Origin: Nitrospirota bacterium
GTDB lineage: Bacteria > Nitrospirota > JACRHJ01
Direction of reading: 5' to 3'
DNA: 64,000 bases
Assembly (NCBI GenBank): GCA_021789495.1
Contig: JAJYJM010000007.1
Location: 10,230-74,229, forward strand
Shown here piece after piece: positions 30,889 through 43,110 of the stretch. A model generated the notes under the pieces. The model had not been told where the DNA came from. It saw only the letters and a list, made by a program, of their open reading frames with translations, and ran no database searches. Positions within the stretch are counted from its first letter, which is position 1. The number at the start of each line of letters is the position of its first letter. The position numbers and the translations under genes are program-made.

Positions 30889-33800
30889 TCAACTGGCCGC
30901 CAGGGCCTCCTTTTCCGGAAGCTCCATGTCCTTCGGTAGGGCGTAGGTGTCTCTGTAAGCGGCGGAACCTGTGCCTGCGGGGATAAGCCTGCCCATTATC
31001 ACGTTTTCCTTAAGGCCGAGGAGCTTATCGACGGAACCCGTGATGGCCGCCTCGGTCAGCACTCTCGTGGTCTCCTGGAACGAGGCCGCGGAGATGAAGC
31101 TGTCCGTGGACAGGGACGCCTTGGTTATGCCGAGGAGTATCGGCTTGCCGACTGCGGTCCTTGCCTTCCGGTATATCGCGGGTCTGCCGCCCTTGGCCTC
31201 TATCTTGGCGTTGACTTCCTCAATGACCTTCGGATCGATAAGCTCGCCAAGCATATACTCCGTATCGCCCGGATCCTCCACCTTCACCTGCTTCGCGACG
31301 AAATTGTTCTCGTCGATGAACGCAAATTTATCTACCTGCTCGCCCGGCAGGAAACGGGTATCGCCTGCGTCTTCCAGCTTCACCTTCCTCAGCATCTGAC
31401 GGACAATAACCTCGATGTGCTTGTCGTTAATAGACACGCCCTGGAGCCGGTAGACCTGCTGCACCTGGTCTACAAGGTATTTCTGGAGCTCTTTCGGGCC
31501 CATGATATCGAGGATGTCGTGCGGGTCAACAGAGCCGTCCATGAGAGGTTCGCCCGCGATAACCCAGTCGCCCTCATGGACGTTGACGTGCTTGCCCTTG
31601 GGTATGAGGTATTCCTTCTCGTCGCCCAAGGCGCCCTTGACGATTACCCGCCTCATGCCCTTGACGAATCCGCCGTATTCTACGGTACCGTCTATCTCGG
31701 AAATTACCGCCTGCTCCTTCGGGCGTCTGGCCTCGAAAAGCTCGGCCACGCGGGGCAGACCGCCTGTGATGTCCTTGGTCTTGGTGGTCTCTCTCGGTAT
31801 CTTCACCAGGATGTCGCCCGGGCTTACGGTATCGCCCTTTTCTACAAGTATGTGCGCTCCGGCGGGCAGGAGGTATCGCGCGACGGCGTTGGTGCCAGGT
31901 ATCTTGGCTGTCTTGCCGGTCTCGTCCTTGATGGATATGCGCGGCCTCATGTTGGCCGGATAGTCGATTATGACCTTGTGCGAGAGACCCGTCGTCTCGT
32001 CCACTTCCTCGCGCATCGTAGAGCCTTCGACGATGTCGCCCAGGGCTATCTTGCCGCCGACTTCAGTAAGTATCGGGGTGGAATACGGGTCCCAGTCGAC
32101 AAGTATCTGGCTCTCCTTTACCTTCTGCTTGTCGGTAACGTGCAGGTTCGCGCCGTATGTGATCATGTAGCGCTCTTTCTCGCGGCCCGACGAATCGCGT
32201 ATGGCTATCTTGCCGTTGCGGTTCATAACGATGATTGAGCCGTCTTCCTTCTTTATCGTATGGAGGTTTATATACTCCACTATGCCGGCGTTCTTGGCCG
32301 TCAGTTTGGTCTGCTCGACGACCTTCGACGCCGTTCCGCCGATATGGAACGTCCTCATGGTAAGCTGCGTTCCCGGCTCGCCTATCGACTGCGCCGCGAT
32401 TATGCCTACGGCCTCGCCGATGTCAACCAGATGGCCCCTGGCGAGGTCTCGCCCGTAGCACATCTTGCACACGCCGCGCCTCGTCTGGCATGTAAGCACC
32501 GAGCGTATCTTGACGTGGTCTATGCCCGCGTCCACTATCTTCCTTAGATTGTCCTCCGTAATCTCAGTATTTGCCGGAACGAGCTTCTCGCCGGTTACCG
32601 GGTCTATGATGTCTTCCGAATTGACCCTTCCAAGGAGCCTCTCGTCAAGCGGCTCGATTATCTCTCCGCCCTCGACGAGCGCGGACACCTGTATGCCGTC
32701 CACCGTGCCGCAGTCCACCTCGGTTATTATGACGTCCTGCGCGACGTCCACAAGCCTCCTGGTCAGGTAGCCGGAGTTTGCCGTCTTAAGCGCGGTATCG
32801 GCAAGACCCTTCCTGGCGCCGTGTGTGGAGATGAAGTATTCCAGCACCTTCAGGCCTTCGCGGAAGTTCGCCTGTATCGGCGCCTCGATAATCTCGCCGG
32901 AGGGCTTGGCCATGAGTCCCCTCATGCCGGCCAGCTGCCTTAGCTGCTGTGCGCTGCCCCTGGCGCCGGAATCCGCCATCATGAATATCGAGTTGAACGA
33001 CCGTTTCTGGTCCAGCGGAATGCCCTCGACCTCGTCGTCGATTCCAAGCTCGTTCATCATCTCGGATGCGATGGTCTCCGTAACGGACGCCCATATGTCG
33101 ATAACCTTGTTATATCGCTCGCCGTTCGTGATGAGGCCGTCCGCATACTGCTTCTGTATCTCCATGACCTGCTTTTCCGCCTGCGCGATAAGCTCCTGCT
33201 TGTTCGTGGGGATGTGCATGTCGTTCATGCAGATGGAGATGCCGGCCTCGTTCGCGTACTTGAAACCGATGTCCTTCAAGTTGTCCATAAGGGTAACGGT
33301 CGCCCTCGCGCCGGACTGGCGGTAAGAGGCGTCGATAAGCCGGGATATTTCCTTCTTGTTCATCTCCTTGTTCACGAGGTCGAAGGAAAGCCCTTCGGGC
33401 AGTATCTCGGAGATTATCACGCGGCCAACCGTCGTATCCACGAGCCTGCCGTCTATCCTTACCTTTATCTTCGCATGCTTCGCCACGACGCCGTGGTCGT
33501 AAGCTATCCGCACCTCCTCAGGGCCGGAGAACTTCATCCCCTCGCCGCGCGCGTTCGGGCGGACCTTACTTAAGTAGTAAACGCCGAGCACCATGTCCTG
33601 CGAGGGCACGGTAATCGGACGCCCGTTGGCCGGGGAAAGGATGTTGTTGACGGAAAGCATCAGAACTCTGGCCTCGACCTGGGCCTCTATTGAGAGCGGC
33701 ACGTGCACCGCCATCTGGTCGCCGTCGAAGTCCGCGTTGAAGGCGGTGCAGACGAGCGGGTGAAGCCTGATGGCCTTCCCGGAAACCAGCACGGGGTCGA

Positions 33801-35172
33801 ACGCCTGAATGCCCAGCCTGTGCAGGGTCGGGGCGCGGTTCAGCATTACCGGATGCTCCCGGATGACTTCTTCCAGGACGTCCCAGACCTCCGGCCTCTC
33901 GCGCTCGACCATCTTCTTCGCGCTCTTTATCGTGGTGCAGTAGCCTTTCTCTTCAAGACGGTTGAAGATAAAAGGCTTGAATAATTCAAGAGCCATCTTC
34001 TTCGGCAGGCCGCACTGGTTGAGCTTCAGTTCCGGGCCGACGACTATAACGGAACGACCGGAGTAGTCCACGCGCTTGCCAAGGAGGTTCTGGCGGAACC
34101 GGCCCTGCTTGCCTTTCAGCATGTCGGAGAGGGACTTAAGCGGCCTCTTGTTCGGGCCTCTAAGTATCCTGCCGCGCCTGCCGTTGTCGAAGAGCGCGTC
34201 AACCGCCTCCTGGAGCATCCTCTTCTCGTTTCTGATTATGACGCTCGGCGCTTTAAGTTCCTCAAGCCTCTTGAGGCGGTTGTTCCTGTTTATCACGCGC
34301 CTGTAGAGATCGTTTAAGTCGGATGTCGCAAACCTTCCGCCTTCAAGCGGGACAAGCGGCCTCAGTTCCGGCGGGATAACCGGGATAACGTCGAGTATCA
34401 TCCATTCAGGCTTGTTCCCGGATTTCCGGAACGCCTCGACGACCTTGAGACGCTTGGTCAGCTTTTTCTTGACGGCGGAGGAGTTCGCCATCTCTATTTT
34501 CACGTGCAGATCCTGCGCAAGCTCTTCAAGGTTTATGTGCCGGAGCAGCTCCCTTATCGCCTGCGCACCCATGTCCGCCTTGAAACGGCTCCCGTATTCC
34601 TGGAGGAGCTTCCTGTATTTCTCCTCGGTCAGGAGCTCCTTCTCGTTTAAGGGAGTGTCTCCGGGGTCGATTACGACATAGGATTCGAAATACAGCACCT
34701 TCTCGAGGTGCCGAAGCGTCATGTCGAGGAGGTTGCCTATCCTCGACGGGAGGCCCTTGAGGAACCAGATGTGCGCGACGGGAGAGGCAAGCTCTATATG
34801 GCCCATCCTCTCGCGGCGAACCTTGGACTGTATGACCTCGACGCCGCACTTGTCGCACACGACTCCCCTGTGCTTCATGCGCTTGTATTTACCGCAGTTG
34901 CACTCCCAGTCCTTCGTCGGGCCGAATATCTTCGCGCAGAAAAGGCCGTCCCTCTCCGGCTTGAAAGAGCGGTAGTTTATGGTCTCCGGCTTCTTTACCT
35001 CGCCGTGCGACCACGACCTTATCTTTTCTGGAGACGCGACCCGTATCTTTATCGCGTCGAATGTTACCGGTTCTCTCGGTTTGTCGAAAAGGCTGTATAT
35101 ATCGTCCAATTCATTACCTCCGATAGATGGAACCAACCATCTCTGTATCAAATCCGTCATTGCGAGGGCCAT
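30889..35172 (-). CDS. rpoC: DNA-directed RNA polymerase beta' subunit
   Basis: 1427 aa, ...[23 protein letters not shown]..., NADFDGD; start could alternatively be the ATG at 35160. Confidence 0.98.
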   Translation of the reverse strand: MALAMTDLIQRWLVPSIGGNELDDIYSLFDKPREPVTFDAIKIRVASPEKIRSWSHGEVKKPETINYRSFKPERDGLFCAKIFGPTKDWECNCGKYKRMKHRGVVCDKCGVEVIQSKVRRERMGHIELASPVAHIWFLKGLPSRIGNLLDMTLRHLEKVLYFESYVVIDPGDTPLNEKELLTEEKYRKLLQEYGSRFKADMGAQAIRELLRHINLEELAQDLHVKIEMANSSAVKKKLTKRLKVVEAFRKSGNKPEWMILDVIPVIPPELRPLVPLEGGRFATSDLNDLYRRVINRNNRLKRLEELKAPSVIIRNEKRMLQEAVDALFDNGRRGRILRGPNKRPLKSLSDMLKGKQGRFRQNLLGKRVDYSGRSVIVVGPELKLNQCGLPKKMALELFKPFIFNRLEEKGYCTTIKSAKKMVERERPEVWDVLEEVIREHPVMLNRAPTLHRLGIQAFDPVLVSGKAIRLHPLVCTAFNADFDGDQMAVHVPLSIEAQVEARVLMLSVNNILSPANGRPITVPSQDMVLGVYYLSKVRPNARGEGMKFSGPEEVRIAYDHGVVAKHAKIKVRIDGRLVDTTVGRVIISEILPEGLSFDLVNKEMNKKEISRLIDASYRQSGARATVTLMDNLKDIGFKYANEAGISICMNDMHIPTNKQELIAQAEKQVMEIQKQYADGLITNGERYNKVIDIWASVTETIASEMMNELGIDDEVEGIPLDQKRSFNSIFMMADSGARGSAQQLRQLAGMRGLMAKPSGEIIEAPIQANFREGLKVLEYFISTHGARKGLADTALKTANSGYLTRRLVDVAQDVIITEVDCGTVDGIQVSALVEGGEIIEPLDERLLGRVNSEDIIDPVTGEKLVPANTEITEDNLRKIVDAGIDHVKIRSVLTCQTRRGVCKMCYGRDLARGHLVDIGEAVGIIAAQSIGEPGTQLTMRTFHIGGTASKVVEQTKLTAKNAGIVEYINLHTIKKEDGSIIVMNRNGKIAIRDSSGREKERYMITYGANLHVTDKQKVKESQILVDWDPYSTPILTEVGGKIALGDIVEGSTMREEVDETTGLSHKVIIDYPANMRPRISIKDETGKTAKIPGTNAVARYLLPAGAHILVEKGDTVSPGDILVKIPRETTKTKDITGGLPRVAELFEARRPKEQAVISEIDGTVEYGGFVKGMRRVIVKGALGDEKEYLIPKGKHVNVHEGDWVIAGEPLMDGSVDPHDILDIMGPKELQKYLVDQVQQVYRLQGVSINDKHIEVIVRQMLRKVKLEDAGDTRFLPGEQVDKFAFIDENNFVAKQVKVEDPGDTEYMLGELIDPKVIEEVNAKIEAKGGRPAIYRKARTAVGKPILLGITKASLSTDSFISAASFQETTRVLTEAAITGSVDKLLGLKENVIMGRLIPAGTGSAAYRDTYALPKDMELPEKEALAAS

Positions 35173-35240
35173 CTTTTGGCCCGCGGCAATCTCAGTTTTT
35201 TAAATCCGAGATTGCTTTGCAATGCTCGCAATGACAGCTA
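35150..35240. promoter_or_regulatory. Nested inverted repeats in the rpoB-rpoC spacer that overlap the rpoC start (GTCATTGCGAG ... CTCGCAATGAC, inner GGGCC-N7-GGCCC and CAATCTC/GAGATTG)
   Basis: 11-bp perfect inverted repeat arms at 35156-35166 and 35225-35235; the rpoC ATG lies inside the left arm. Confidence 0.6.
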
Positions 35241-35250
35241 ACCGGGTTTC

Positions 35251-38200
35251 TTACTCTTTCACTTCCTCAAGGAGCTCCACGTCGAGGCAAAGGCTCTGAA
35301 GTTCTTTTATGAGCACATTGAAAGACTCCGGCAGGCCGGGCTCAAGAGTGCTCTCGCCCTTGACGATGGCTTCGTATATCTTGGCGCGCCCGGAGACGTC
35401 GTCCGACTTGACCGTAAGGAATTCCTGGAGGGTGTATGCCGCGCCGTATGCCTGAAGCGCCCAGACCTCCATCTCTCCAAGCCTCTGTCCGCCGAACTGC
35501 GCCTTGCCTCCAAGCGGCTGCTGCGTGACGAGCGAGTACGGGCCGATCGAGCGGGCATGGAGCTTGTCATCGACCAGGTGGTGCAGCTTCAGCATGTACA
35601 TGTTGCCGACGGTTACCTTCCTGTCGAAAGGTTCGCCTGTCCTGCCGTCGTACAGCATAATCTGACCGGTCTTCGGGAGTTTTGCCTCGGCCAGCATGTT
35701 CCTTATCTGCGCCTCGGTGGCGCCGTCGAAGACGGGGGTGGATACCGCTATCCCAAGTGCCTTCGCGGCCCAGCCCAGGTGCGTTTCGAGTATCTGGCCG
35801 ACGTTCATTCTGGAAGGAACGCCAAGTGGATTCAGGACTATATCGACCGGCGTCCCGTCCGGAAGATACGGGAGGTCTTCTTCCGGCAGTATCCTCGATA
35901 CGACACCCTTGTTGCCGTGCCGTCCGGCCATCTTGTCGCCGACGGAGAGCTTCCTCTTCATCGCGATATAGACCTTGACGAGCTTTATGACGCCAGGCGG
36001 GAGTTCGTCTCCCTTTTTCAGCCGTCCAATCCTCTCGTCGAATATCGTCTCAAGGTAGCTCATCTGCTCCGCGGCGTATTCCTCAATCTCCGAGAGCCTG
36101 TCCGTCAGGGACTCGTCCTCGAAGGAGAGCATGGAGAGGTCGGCCTCGTCGAGCCTTTCGACGATGTCCTCGGTTATCTCCTTGCCCTTCGGGAGGATGG
36201 TCTTGCCGGATTCGTCCACTATCTTCGTGGATATTGCCTGGCCGAGCACCGCTTTCTTGAGTTTCTTGAGCTTCTCCTCCTGGATTATGCGAAACTCGTC
36301 CTGCTTGTCCCGCTCAAGGCGCTCGACCTCCTCGTCCTCGATGCTCTTGGCCCGTTCGTCCTTCTCCACGCCCTTGCGGGAGAATATCTTCACGTCCACG
36401 ATAGTGCCTTCGACTCCCGGCGGGACGGTAAGCGAGGCGTCGCGGACGTCTCCGGCCTTCTCGCCGAATATCGCGCGCAGAAGCCTTTCCTCAGGAGTAA
36501 GCTGCGTCTCGCCCTTCGGCGTAACCTTGCCGACCAGTATGTCCCCGGCCTTTACCTCGGCCCCTATCCTGATTATGCCGGACTCGTCGAGGTTCCTGAG
36601 CGCCTCTTCGCCGACATTCGGAATATCCCTGGTAATCTCCTCCTGTCCGAGCTTGGTATCGCGCGCCTCTATCTCGAACTCCTCGATGTGGATGGAGGTA
36701 TATCTGTCTTCCCGGACAAGTTTCTCTGAAATGAGTATCGCGTCTTCGTAGTTATAGCCGCCCCAGGGCATGAACGCCACCATGACGTTTTGGCCGAGGG
36801 CCAGCTCGCCTCCGTCGGTAGCCGGGCCGTCCGCCAGCACCTGCCCTTTTTTTACCTTCTGCCCGACGGCGACAATTGGCTTCTGGTTGATGCAGGTGTT
36901 CTGGTTGGAGCGGTAGAATTTAATCAGCGTATAGACGTCGAGCGGGGAGGGATTCGCCTGCGTCACTTCCTTTTCGCTCACGCGCACCACAATCCTGTTG
37001 GCGTCCACGCTCTCGATTGCGCCGCTTCTCTTCGCAAGCACTATGACGCCCGAGTCGCGCGCGGCAACCTGCTCCATGCCTGTCCCGACTATCGGGGCCT
37101 CGGCGTTCAGAAGCGGAACCGCCTGGCGCTGCATGTTTGAACCCATGAGGGCGCGGTTCGCGTCGTCGTTTTCGAGAAACGGTATGAGCGCCGTGGCCAC
37201 GGAGACGATCTGCTTGGGCGAGACGTCGAGGTACTGCACCTCCTCCGGCTCGACCATCTTGAACTCTCCGCCGACGCGCGCAGAGACGCTGTCCGCGGTA
37301 ATCCTACCCTTTGAGTCAACGGGCGTATTAGCCTGCGCTATGACATAGTTCTCGCCGTCCACGGCGGACAGAAACTCTATCTCGTCCGTCAGGCGGCCTT
37401 TTTGAACCTTCCTGTACGGCGCCTCTATGAATCCGAACTCGTTCACGCGGGCATATGTCGCAAGGGACGTGATAAGCCCGATGTTCGGGCCTTCCGGCGT
37501 CTCTATCGGGCATATCCTGCCGTAATGGGTCGGGTGAACGTCTCTCACCTCGAAGCCCGCGCGCTCGCGCGTGAGGCCGCCGGGGCCGAGAGCCGAGAGC
37601 CTTCGTTTGTGCGTAATCTCCGCCAGGGGGTTCGTCTGGTCCATGAACTGGCTGAGCTGGCTGGAGCCGAAGAACTCCTTTATGGCCGCCGTAACGGGCT
37701 TTGCGTTTATAAGGTCGTGCGGCATGATGTTTTCCAGGTCCTGGAGGCTCATGCGCTCCTTGATGGTGCGCTCCATCCGGACAAGGCCGATGCGGAACTG
37801 GTTCTCAAGAAGCTCTCCGACGCTCCTTACACGCCTGTTCCCTAAGTGGTCTATATCGTCAACGTCGCCCTTGCCGGTCTTCAGGTCGATCAGATACCTG
37901 ATCGTCTCCAGTATATCTTCCTTCGTCAGCACCCTTTTGTCGATGTCCACGCCAAGCCCAAGCTTCTTGTTCATCTTGAGCCTTCCGACGGGGGAGAGAT
38001 CGTAGCGCTTGTCGTTAAAGAACATGTTCTCGAAAAGGCTTCTGGCCATGTCGAGCGTCGGCGGCTCTCCCGGGCGGAGCCTCCTGTATATTTCTATCAT
38101 CGCCTCTTCGGGCGTCCCCAGCTTGTCCAGGAGGAGCGTATCCCGAAGCGACGGTATGAAGCGTATGCCGTCTATGAAGAGGAGCTCGAAATACGGGTCG

Positions 38201-39222
38201 TCTTTCGTCCCCGTCTTCGCCTTGAGGAGCTTCTGGATCGTCTCTTCCTTCAGTTCCTCGTTGCCCTCGACTATGACCTCGCCGGTCTCGGAATCCACTA
38301 TGTCTCTGATGGCTATCCTGCCGGCCATCTCCTCCAGCGATATGGGTATCTCGCTTACGTTCATGGATTCGAGCTTCTTTATCGCGGCCTTGGTAATCTT
38401 GTTGCCTTTCCTGACGACGACTTCCTTGCCGTCAATAGTTATATCGCTAACCGCCTTCCATCCGGCCAGTATCTCGGCGTCTATTTTGCGCACGAAGCCG
38501 TTCTTGACAGCGCGCACCTTCTCGACCGGGTAGTAGTAACGGAGTAGTTCCTCGTTTGAATAACCAAGGGCCTTAAGGAGTATCGTCGCCGGGATCTTCC
38601 TTCTGCGGTCTATCCTGACATGCAGCAGGTCCTTGATGTCGAACTCGAAATCCAGCCAGGAACCCCGGTAGGGGATTATCCTGGCGGAGTAAAGTATCTT
38701 GCCGGAGGAGTGCGTCTTGCCCTTGTCGTGTGTGAAGAACGCGCCGGGGGAGCGGTGAAGCTGGCTTACGACCACCCTCTCCGTCCCGTTTATGATGAAC
38801 GTGCCGTTCTCCGTCATAAGCGGGAGCTCTCCCAGGTATATATCCGCGCCCTCCTCCTTGGCGTATTTCAGACGCCTGGTGCCGGTTTCCTCGTCCTTTT
38901 CCCAGGCGGCCAGGCGAACCTTTATCTTGAGAGGCGCCGCGAAGGTCGTGCCCCTCTGGAGGCACTCCCTCACCGAAAACTTCGGGTCGCCAATCGAATA
39001 CTCCACAAATTCTATCGTGAACGTCTCGTTGAAATCTGCTATGGGGAAGATGGAATTGAAAGCAGCCTGAAGCCCGATATTTTTCCTCTCTGCCGGAGGC
39101 GTGTCCTGCTGAAGGAAGCGGTAATACGAACTTTTCTGAATGTCGATAAGGTCGGGGATGTCCATTATCGCGGGTATTTTCGCGAAGTCCCTTCTCTCTT
39201 CCCGCATCTTGGGATAGGCCAT
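35251..39222 (-). CDS. rpoB: DNA-directed RNA polymerase beta subunit
   Basis: 1323-aa RpoB match. Confidence 0.98.
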   Translation of the reverse strand: MAYPKMREERRDFAKIPAIMDIPDLIDIQKSSYYRFLQQDTPPAERKNIGLQAAFNSIFPIADFNETFTIEFVEYSIGDPKFSVRECLQRGTTFAAPLKIKVRLAAWEKDEETGTRRLKYAKEEGADIYLGELPLMTENGTFIINGTERVVVSQLHRSPGAFFTHDKGKTHSSGKILYSARIIPYRGSWLDFEFDIKDLLHVRIDRRRKIPATILLKALGYSNEELLRYYYPVEKVRAVKNGFVRKIDAEILAGWKAVSDITIDGKEVVVRKGNKITKAAIKKLESMNVSEIPISLEEMAGRIAIRDIVDSETGEVIVEGNEELKEETIQKLLKAKTGTKDDPYFELLFIDGIRFIPSLRDTLLLDKLGTPEEAMIEIYRRLRPGEPPTLDMARSLFENMFFNDKRYDLSPVGRLKMNKKLGLGVDIDKRVLTKEDILETIRYLIDLKTGKGDVDDIDHLGNRRVRSVGELLENQFRIGLVRMERTIKERMSLQDLENIMPHDLINAKPVTAAIKEFFGSSQLSQFMDQTNPLAEITHKRRLSALGPGGLTRERAGFEVRDVHPTHYGRICPIETPEGPNIGLITSLATYARVNEFGFIEAPYRKVQKGRLTDEIEFLSAVDGENYVIAQANTPVDSKGRITADSVSARVGGEFKMVEPEEVQYLDVSPKQIVSVATALIPFLENDDANRALMGSNMQRQAVPLLNAEAPIVGTGMEQVAARDSGVIVLAKRSGAIESVDANRIVVRVSEKEVTQANPSPLDVYTLIKFYRSNQNTCINQKPIVAVGQKVKKGQVLADGPATDGGELALGQNVMVAFMPWGGYNYEDAILISEKLVREDRYTSIHIEEFEIEARDTKLGQEEITRDIPNVGEEALRNLDESGIIRIGAEVKAGDILVGKVTPKGETQLTPEERLLRAIFGEKAGDVRDASLTVPPGVEGTIVDVKIFSRKGVEKDERAKSIEDEEVERLERDKQDEFRIIQEEKLKKLKKAVLGQAISTKIVDESGKTILPKGKEITEDIVERLDEADLSMLSFEDESLTDRLSEIEEYAAEQMSYLETIFDERIGRLKKGDELPPGVIKLVKVYIAMKRKLSVGDKMAGRHGNKGVVSRILPEEDLPYLPDGTPVDIVLNPLGVPSRMNVGQILETHLGWAAKALGIAVSTPVFDGATEAQIRNMLAEAKLPKTGQIMLYDGRTGEPFDRKVTVGNMYMLKLHHLVDDKLHARSIGPYSLVTQQPLGGKAQFGGQRLGEMEVWALQAYGAAYTLQEFLTVKSDDVSGRAKIYEAIVKGESTLEPGLPESFNVLIKELQSLCLDVELLEEVKE

Positions 39223-39289
39223 CTGCTCTCCTTGATTTTTAAGCTGTGCCCCTCATTTTAAGGGCTGTTTTTACTCATACCATTTAAGA

Positions 39290-39320
39290 CGCAAAAAGCC
39301 GCCGGCCCTCCGGCCCCGTG
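39290..39320 (-). terminator. Weak GC hairpin plus T5 between rplL and rpoB (possible attenuator)
   Basis: The minus strand reads GCCGG-AGGG-CCGGC GGC TTTTT; the stem is short and the position is typical of a partial terminator. Confidence 0.35.
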
Positions 39321-39353
39321 ACAGGGCGGAGGACCGACAGCCGAAATCCGCGT

Positions 39354-39737
39354 CTACTTTACCTCTACTTTGGCGCCCTGCTCTTCCAACTTCGCCTTTA
39401 TCGTATCAGCCTCTTCCTTCGAGACGCCGCCTTTTACTTCCTTCGGGGCGCCGTCCACCAGGTCCTTCGCCTCCTTGAGGCCAAGCCCGGTCAGCTCGCG
39501 CACGACCTTGATTACCTGGATTTTCTTGTCGCCCGCCGAGGCGAGGATAACGTCGAAGGCCGTTTTCTCCTCCGCGGCAGCCGGGGCCGCTCCGCCCGCC
39601 GGGGCGGCGGCAACCGCTACCGGGGCCGCGGCTGTTACGCCGTAACGCTCCTCGAACTCCTTGATGAATTCGCTCATCTGGAGTATCGTCATGTCGTCGA
39701 TAAACGAGAATACCTGGTCTTTTGTAACGTCAGCCAT
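39354..39737 (-). CDS. rplL: Ribosomal protein bL12
   Basis: 127 aa with an Ala-rich hinge. Confidence 0.95.
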   Translation of the reverse strand: MADVTKDQVFSFIDDMTILQMSEFIKEFEERYGVTAAAPVAVAAAPAGGAAPAAAEEKTAFDVILASAGDKKIQVIKVVRELTGLGLKEAKDLVDGAPKEVKGGVSKEEADTIKAKLEEQGAKVEVK

Positions 39738-39805
39738 TTTTATCTCTCCTGTATCAGACTTGGAAATTTAATTGTATCTGCCCGATTTCATCGGGCGTTT
39801 TCAAT

Positions 39806-40321
39806 TTACGCCTTCTGCTCCTTCAGCGCCGCCAGCGCATAGCCGAGCCTTGCAATAGTCGCGTTCAAGAGCCTTGCCATCTTTGAAGCCGGCGCCTGGA
39901 ATCCCGCGGCCATCTGCGAAAGAAGCTGTTCCCTGGAGGGAAGAGCCGCTATCGCCTTGAGATCCTTTTCGTTCGCAAGGATTCCTTCGATTACGCCGAT
40001 TTTTACCTTCAGTTTCCCGTTCTTCTTCGCAAATTCCGTGACGGCCTTTGCCGGCGCGACCGGATCTCCGAAACCGAGCACAAGGCCGGTCGGCCCCTGC
40101 ATGTAGTCGTTAAGCTTCTGCGCGGAAGTGCCCGCAGCCGCGCGTATCGCCAGGGTGTTTTTCACGACCCTGTACTCGAGCCGGCTTTTGCGAAGCTCGT
40201 TTCTGAGATCCGTAATCTCGGCCACGGTAAGGCCTTTGTACTCCGTTACTATTGCGGCCTTTGCGGCTTCAAACTTGCCGTGAAGCTCGTCTATCAGCTC
40301 CTGCTTTTCGTTCTTGTTCAA
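39806..40321 (-). CDS. rplJ: Ribosomal protein uL10
   Basis: 171-aa L10 match. Confidence 0.95.
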   Translation of the reverse strand: MNKNEKQELIDELHGKFEAAKAAIVTEYKGLTVAEITDLRNELRKSRLEYRVVKNTLAIRAAAGTSAQKLNDYMQGPTGLVLGFGDPVAPAKAVTEFAKKNGKLKVKIGVIEGILANEKDLKAIAALPSREQLLSQMAAGFQAPASKMARLLNATIARLGYALAALKEQKA

Positions 40322-40421
40322 CCTGTAAACCCCCTTTCCAAGTCGTCGACAGGGGAATCTTTTATTTTACCCTCTCGTCTCGGCGGGACGGCCGGTCGGC
40401 CAATTAAGGGATCGGGACAAA

Positions 40422-40460
40422 ACCTTAATTCCTGGATTCCCGCTTTCGCGGGAATGACGG
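40422..40460. repeat. dRS3-like palindromic element in the rplA-rplJ spacer
   Basis: CCTTAATTCCTGGATTCCCGCTTTCGCGGGAATGACGG; perfect core at 40436..40455. Confidence 0.85.
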
Positions 40461-40543
40461 TCTGTGGTTTACTCTCCCCTGCCCCTCCTGCTGTCTTCGA
40501 CTCCTTAGTAAATACCGCCCCCGAAAGCGGGGCGGAAATTTGA

Positions 40544-41242
40544 TTATCCCATCGCCTCCGTGGCAACGGCGACGTCGATCTTTATGCCGGGCCCCATCGT
40601 CGAGGACACTACAATCTTTTTCATGTAGCGGCCTTTGGATGTGGCGGGTTTCGCCTTCATAAGCGCCTCAAGCACCACGGTCGCGTTCTCGGCAAGCTTG
40701 TCCGCCGCGAACGAAACCTTCCCGACCGGGACATGCACGATGCCGGCCTTCTCGACCCTGTATTCCACCTTCCCGGCCTTTATCTCACGCACCGCCTTGC
40801 CTATGTCCATCGAGACCGTGCCGACCTTCGGGTTCGGCATGAGTCCCCTGGGGCCCAGGAGCTTGCCGAGCTTGCCGACGGAGCCCATCATGTCAGGCGT
40901 GGCCACGACCCTGTCGAAGTCCATCCACCCTCCCTGGACTTTAGCTATCATGTCGTCGGCACCGGCGAAGTCCGCGCCTGCCTCTGTCGCCTCTCTTTCC
41001 TTTTCGCCCTTCGCAAAGGCCAGCACCCTCACCGTCCTGCCCGTCCCGTTTGGAAGGCCCACGGAGCCTCTGACCATCTGGTCGGAGCGTTTCGGGTCTA
41101 CTCCAAGCACCACGGCAAGGTCAACGGACTCGTCGAATTTCACAAACGCGCATTCCTTGACAAGCGCCATAGCTTCCTCAAGGGTATAATGCTTCGACTT
41201 GTCAACCTTCACACGGCTTGCGTTCAGCTTCTTTTGTTTCAT
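40544..41242 (-). CDS. rplA: Ribosomal protein uL1
   Basis: 232-aa L1 match. Confidence 0.95.
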   Translation of the reverse strand: MKQKKLNASRVKVDKSKHYTLEEAMALVKECAFVKFDESVDLAVVLGVDPKRSDQMVRGSVGLPNGTGRTVRVLAFAKGEKEREATEAGADFAGADDMIAKVQGGWMDFDRVVATPDMMGSVGKLGKLLGPRGLMPNPKVGTVSMDIGKAVREIKAGKVEYRVEKAGIVHVPVGKVSFAADKLAENATVVLEALMKAKPATSKGRYMKKIVVSSTMGPGIKIDVAVATEAMG

Positions 41243-41354
41243 GCATGTCTCCTTAATGAACCGCGGCGTATCCGGCTTGCGAATTATGCGCGTCCCCGCC
41301 CCGCGTTCTCCCGCCGGTTAAAGGCTTCTCCGGACGGCGGTTGTTTCCGGAGAA

Positions 41355-41400
41355 CCAAATTCCTGGATACCCGCCTTCGCGGGAATGACGGACGCAATGG
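41355..41400. repeat. dRS3-like palindromic element (variant core ATACCCGCCTTCGCGGGAAT) in the rplK-rplA spacer
   Basis: CCAAATTCCTGGATACCCGCCTTCGCGGGAATGACGGACGCAATGG. Confidence 0.8.
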
Positions 41401-41432
41401 ATTGCGCCGCCGCATTACACTTTCCCCGCCCT

Positions 41433-41861
41433 CTACGCCGTAACTTCTATGCCCATGCTGCGGGCGGTGCCTTTGATTATGTTTATCGCGCCGTCAATGT
41501 CGACGGCGTTCAAATCCGGGAGCTTCGTCTGGGCAATCTCCCGCACCTGGGCCTCCGTAACCTTCCCGACCTTGTCCTTGTTCGGGACGCCGGAGCCTTT
41601 GACAATTCCCGCGGCCTTCTTTATAAGCTCGGAGGCGGGCGGCGTCTTCAGAACGAACGTGAACGTCCTGTCGCTGTAGATGGTTATCACCACCGGGACG
41701 ACCTGGCCGGCCATCTCCTGCGTCTGGGCGTTATATGCCTTGCAGAACTCCATAATGTTCACGCCGTGCTGGCCGAGGGCCGGGCCGACCGGCGGCGCGG
41801 GATTCGCCTTCCCCGCCGGTATCTGGAGCTTTACGTATCCGGTTATCTCTTTTTTGGGCAT
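41433..41861 (-). CDS. rplK: Ribosomal protein uL11
   Basis: 142-aa L11 match. Confidence 0.95.
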   Translation of the reverse strand: MPKKEITGYVKLQIPAGKANPAPPVGPALGQHGVNIMEFCKAYNAQTQEMAGQVVPVVITIYSDRTFTFVLKTPPASELIKKAAGIVKGSGVPNKDKVGKVTEAQVREIAQTKLPDLNAVDIDGAINIIKGTARSMGIEVTA

Positions 41862-41971
41862 TTTAGGACTCCTTTATCATAAATAAATACTATTTATCTA
41901 TTTTAATACGGCCCCCGCCGGCGGAAGCGTGTCCTTTTAAATTTGCAGGACGCCGCGGGGATACCGGGATT

Positions 41972-42502
41972 TTACGCCTTCTCCACCTGAAGGAAGTCAA
42001 GCTCCACGGGAGTCGCGCGCCCGAAGATGGAGACCATGACCTTGAGTTTCCCCTGGTCCAGGTTGACCTCCTCCACCGTGCCCGTGAAGCTGATGAACGG
42101 GCCGTCCACAATCCTGACGGAATCGCCGTGGCTGTAGGCCGCCTCGCGTTTCGCCGGGGCCGCGCCTTCCTCCATCTGCGTGCGGATAAGCCCGACCTCT
42201 TCCTCAGTTATGGGGGACGGCTTCTGCTTGTCGCCCACGAAACCCGTCACCTTCGGGGTATCCTTCACGAGGTGCCAGGTGGCGTCATCGAGATCCATCT
42301 GGACCAGTATGTATCCGGGAAAGAATTTCCTTGTCGAGGTGCGCTTCTTCCCGTTTCTGAGTTCCACCACGTCCTCCGTCGGCACAAGTATCTGGCTTAT
42401 CCTGTCCTGGAAACCCAGCGACTTCGCGCGCTCCTCTATGCTCGACTTTACCTTGCCCTCGAAACCCGAGTAGGTATGAACCACATACCATTCCTTGGCC
42501 AT
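41972..42502 (-). CDS. nusG: Transcription termination/antitermination factor NusG
   Basis: 176 aa with NGN and KOW domains. Confidence 0.95.
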   Translation of the reverse strand: MAKEWYVVHTYSGFEGKVKSSIEERAKSLGFQDRISQILVPTEDVVELRNGKKRTSTRKFFPGYILVQMDLDDATWHLVKDTPKVTGFVGDKQKPSPITEEEVGLIRTQMEEGAAPAKREAAYSHGDSVRIVDGPFISFTGTVEEVNLDQGKLKVMVSIFGRATPVELDFLQVEKA

Positions 42503-42599
42503 CTTATCTCCAGATTAATTTAGGCTCGAAAACCGTCTCGTACATCTCGCCGTCGGCGATACGGCATCCGGCCCTGTATTAAATCCCGCCCGCGGCCCC

Positions 42600-42788
42600 T
42601 CAGCCCATCACCAGGAGCGACATCAGCTTGGACAGCCCCAGGTCTACCACCCCAAGAAACAACGAGAGGAACACGACAGTCAGTATGACGACGATAGTCG
42701 AACTGATAATCTCGTTCCTCGGCGGAAAAACCACCTTGGAAAGCTCGTTCTTGGATTCCTTGATGAATTCTATCGCCTGGTTGAACAT
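42600..42788 (-). CDS. secE: Preprotein translocase subunit SecE
   Basis: The internal ATG at 42788 gives a 62-aa single-TM SecE. The longer ORF would overlap tRNA-Trp. Confidence 0.85.
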   Translation of the reverse strand: MFNQAIEFIKESKNELSKVVFPPRNEIISSTIVVILTVVFLSLFLGVVDLGLSKLMSLLVMG

Positions 42789-42839
42789 CTTTTTCCCCCG
42801 ACGTCCCCGGCGGCGTCTCGCGCGCCGCCTTTCTAAGAA

Positions 42840-42916
42840 TGGCAGGCCAGGAGGGATTCGAACCCCCAACACCCGGATTTGGAGTCCGGCGCTCTAACCG
42901 TTAGAGCTACTGGCCT
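42840..42916 (-). tRNA. tRNA-Trp (anticodon CCA)
   Basis: Cloverleaf folded by hand: acceptor AGGCCAG/CTGGCCT, anticodon loop CUCCAAA, T-loop TTCGAAT, and an encoded 3' CCA. Confidence 0.9.
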
Positions 42917-42947
42917 GTAGCTTCCCTTTGCTTACTTTTAAAACAGG

Positions 42948-43100
42948 CTAAGCCTTTGTTTCCTTGTGGACCGTATGGCTTCTGCAATGCTTGCAGTATT
43001 TTTTCAGCTCAAGCTTCTCCGTGGTGTTCTTCTTGTTCTTCATCGTGGAGTAGTTGCGCTGCTTGCAGGTCTGGCACGTAAGTAATATTATGTCACGCAT
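42948..43100 (-). CDS. rpmG: Ribosomal protein bL33 (50 aa; not in the ORF track)
   Basis: Manual translation gives [50 protein letters not shown]. Confidence 0.9.
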   Translation of the reverse strand: MRDIILLTCQTCKQRNYSTMKNKKNTTEKLELKKYCKHCRSHTVHKETKA

Positions 43101-43110
43101 GATGTCCCCT

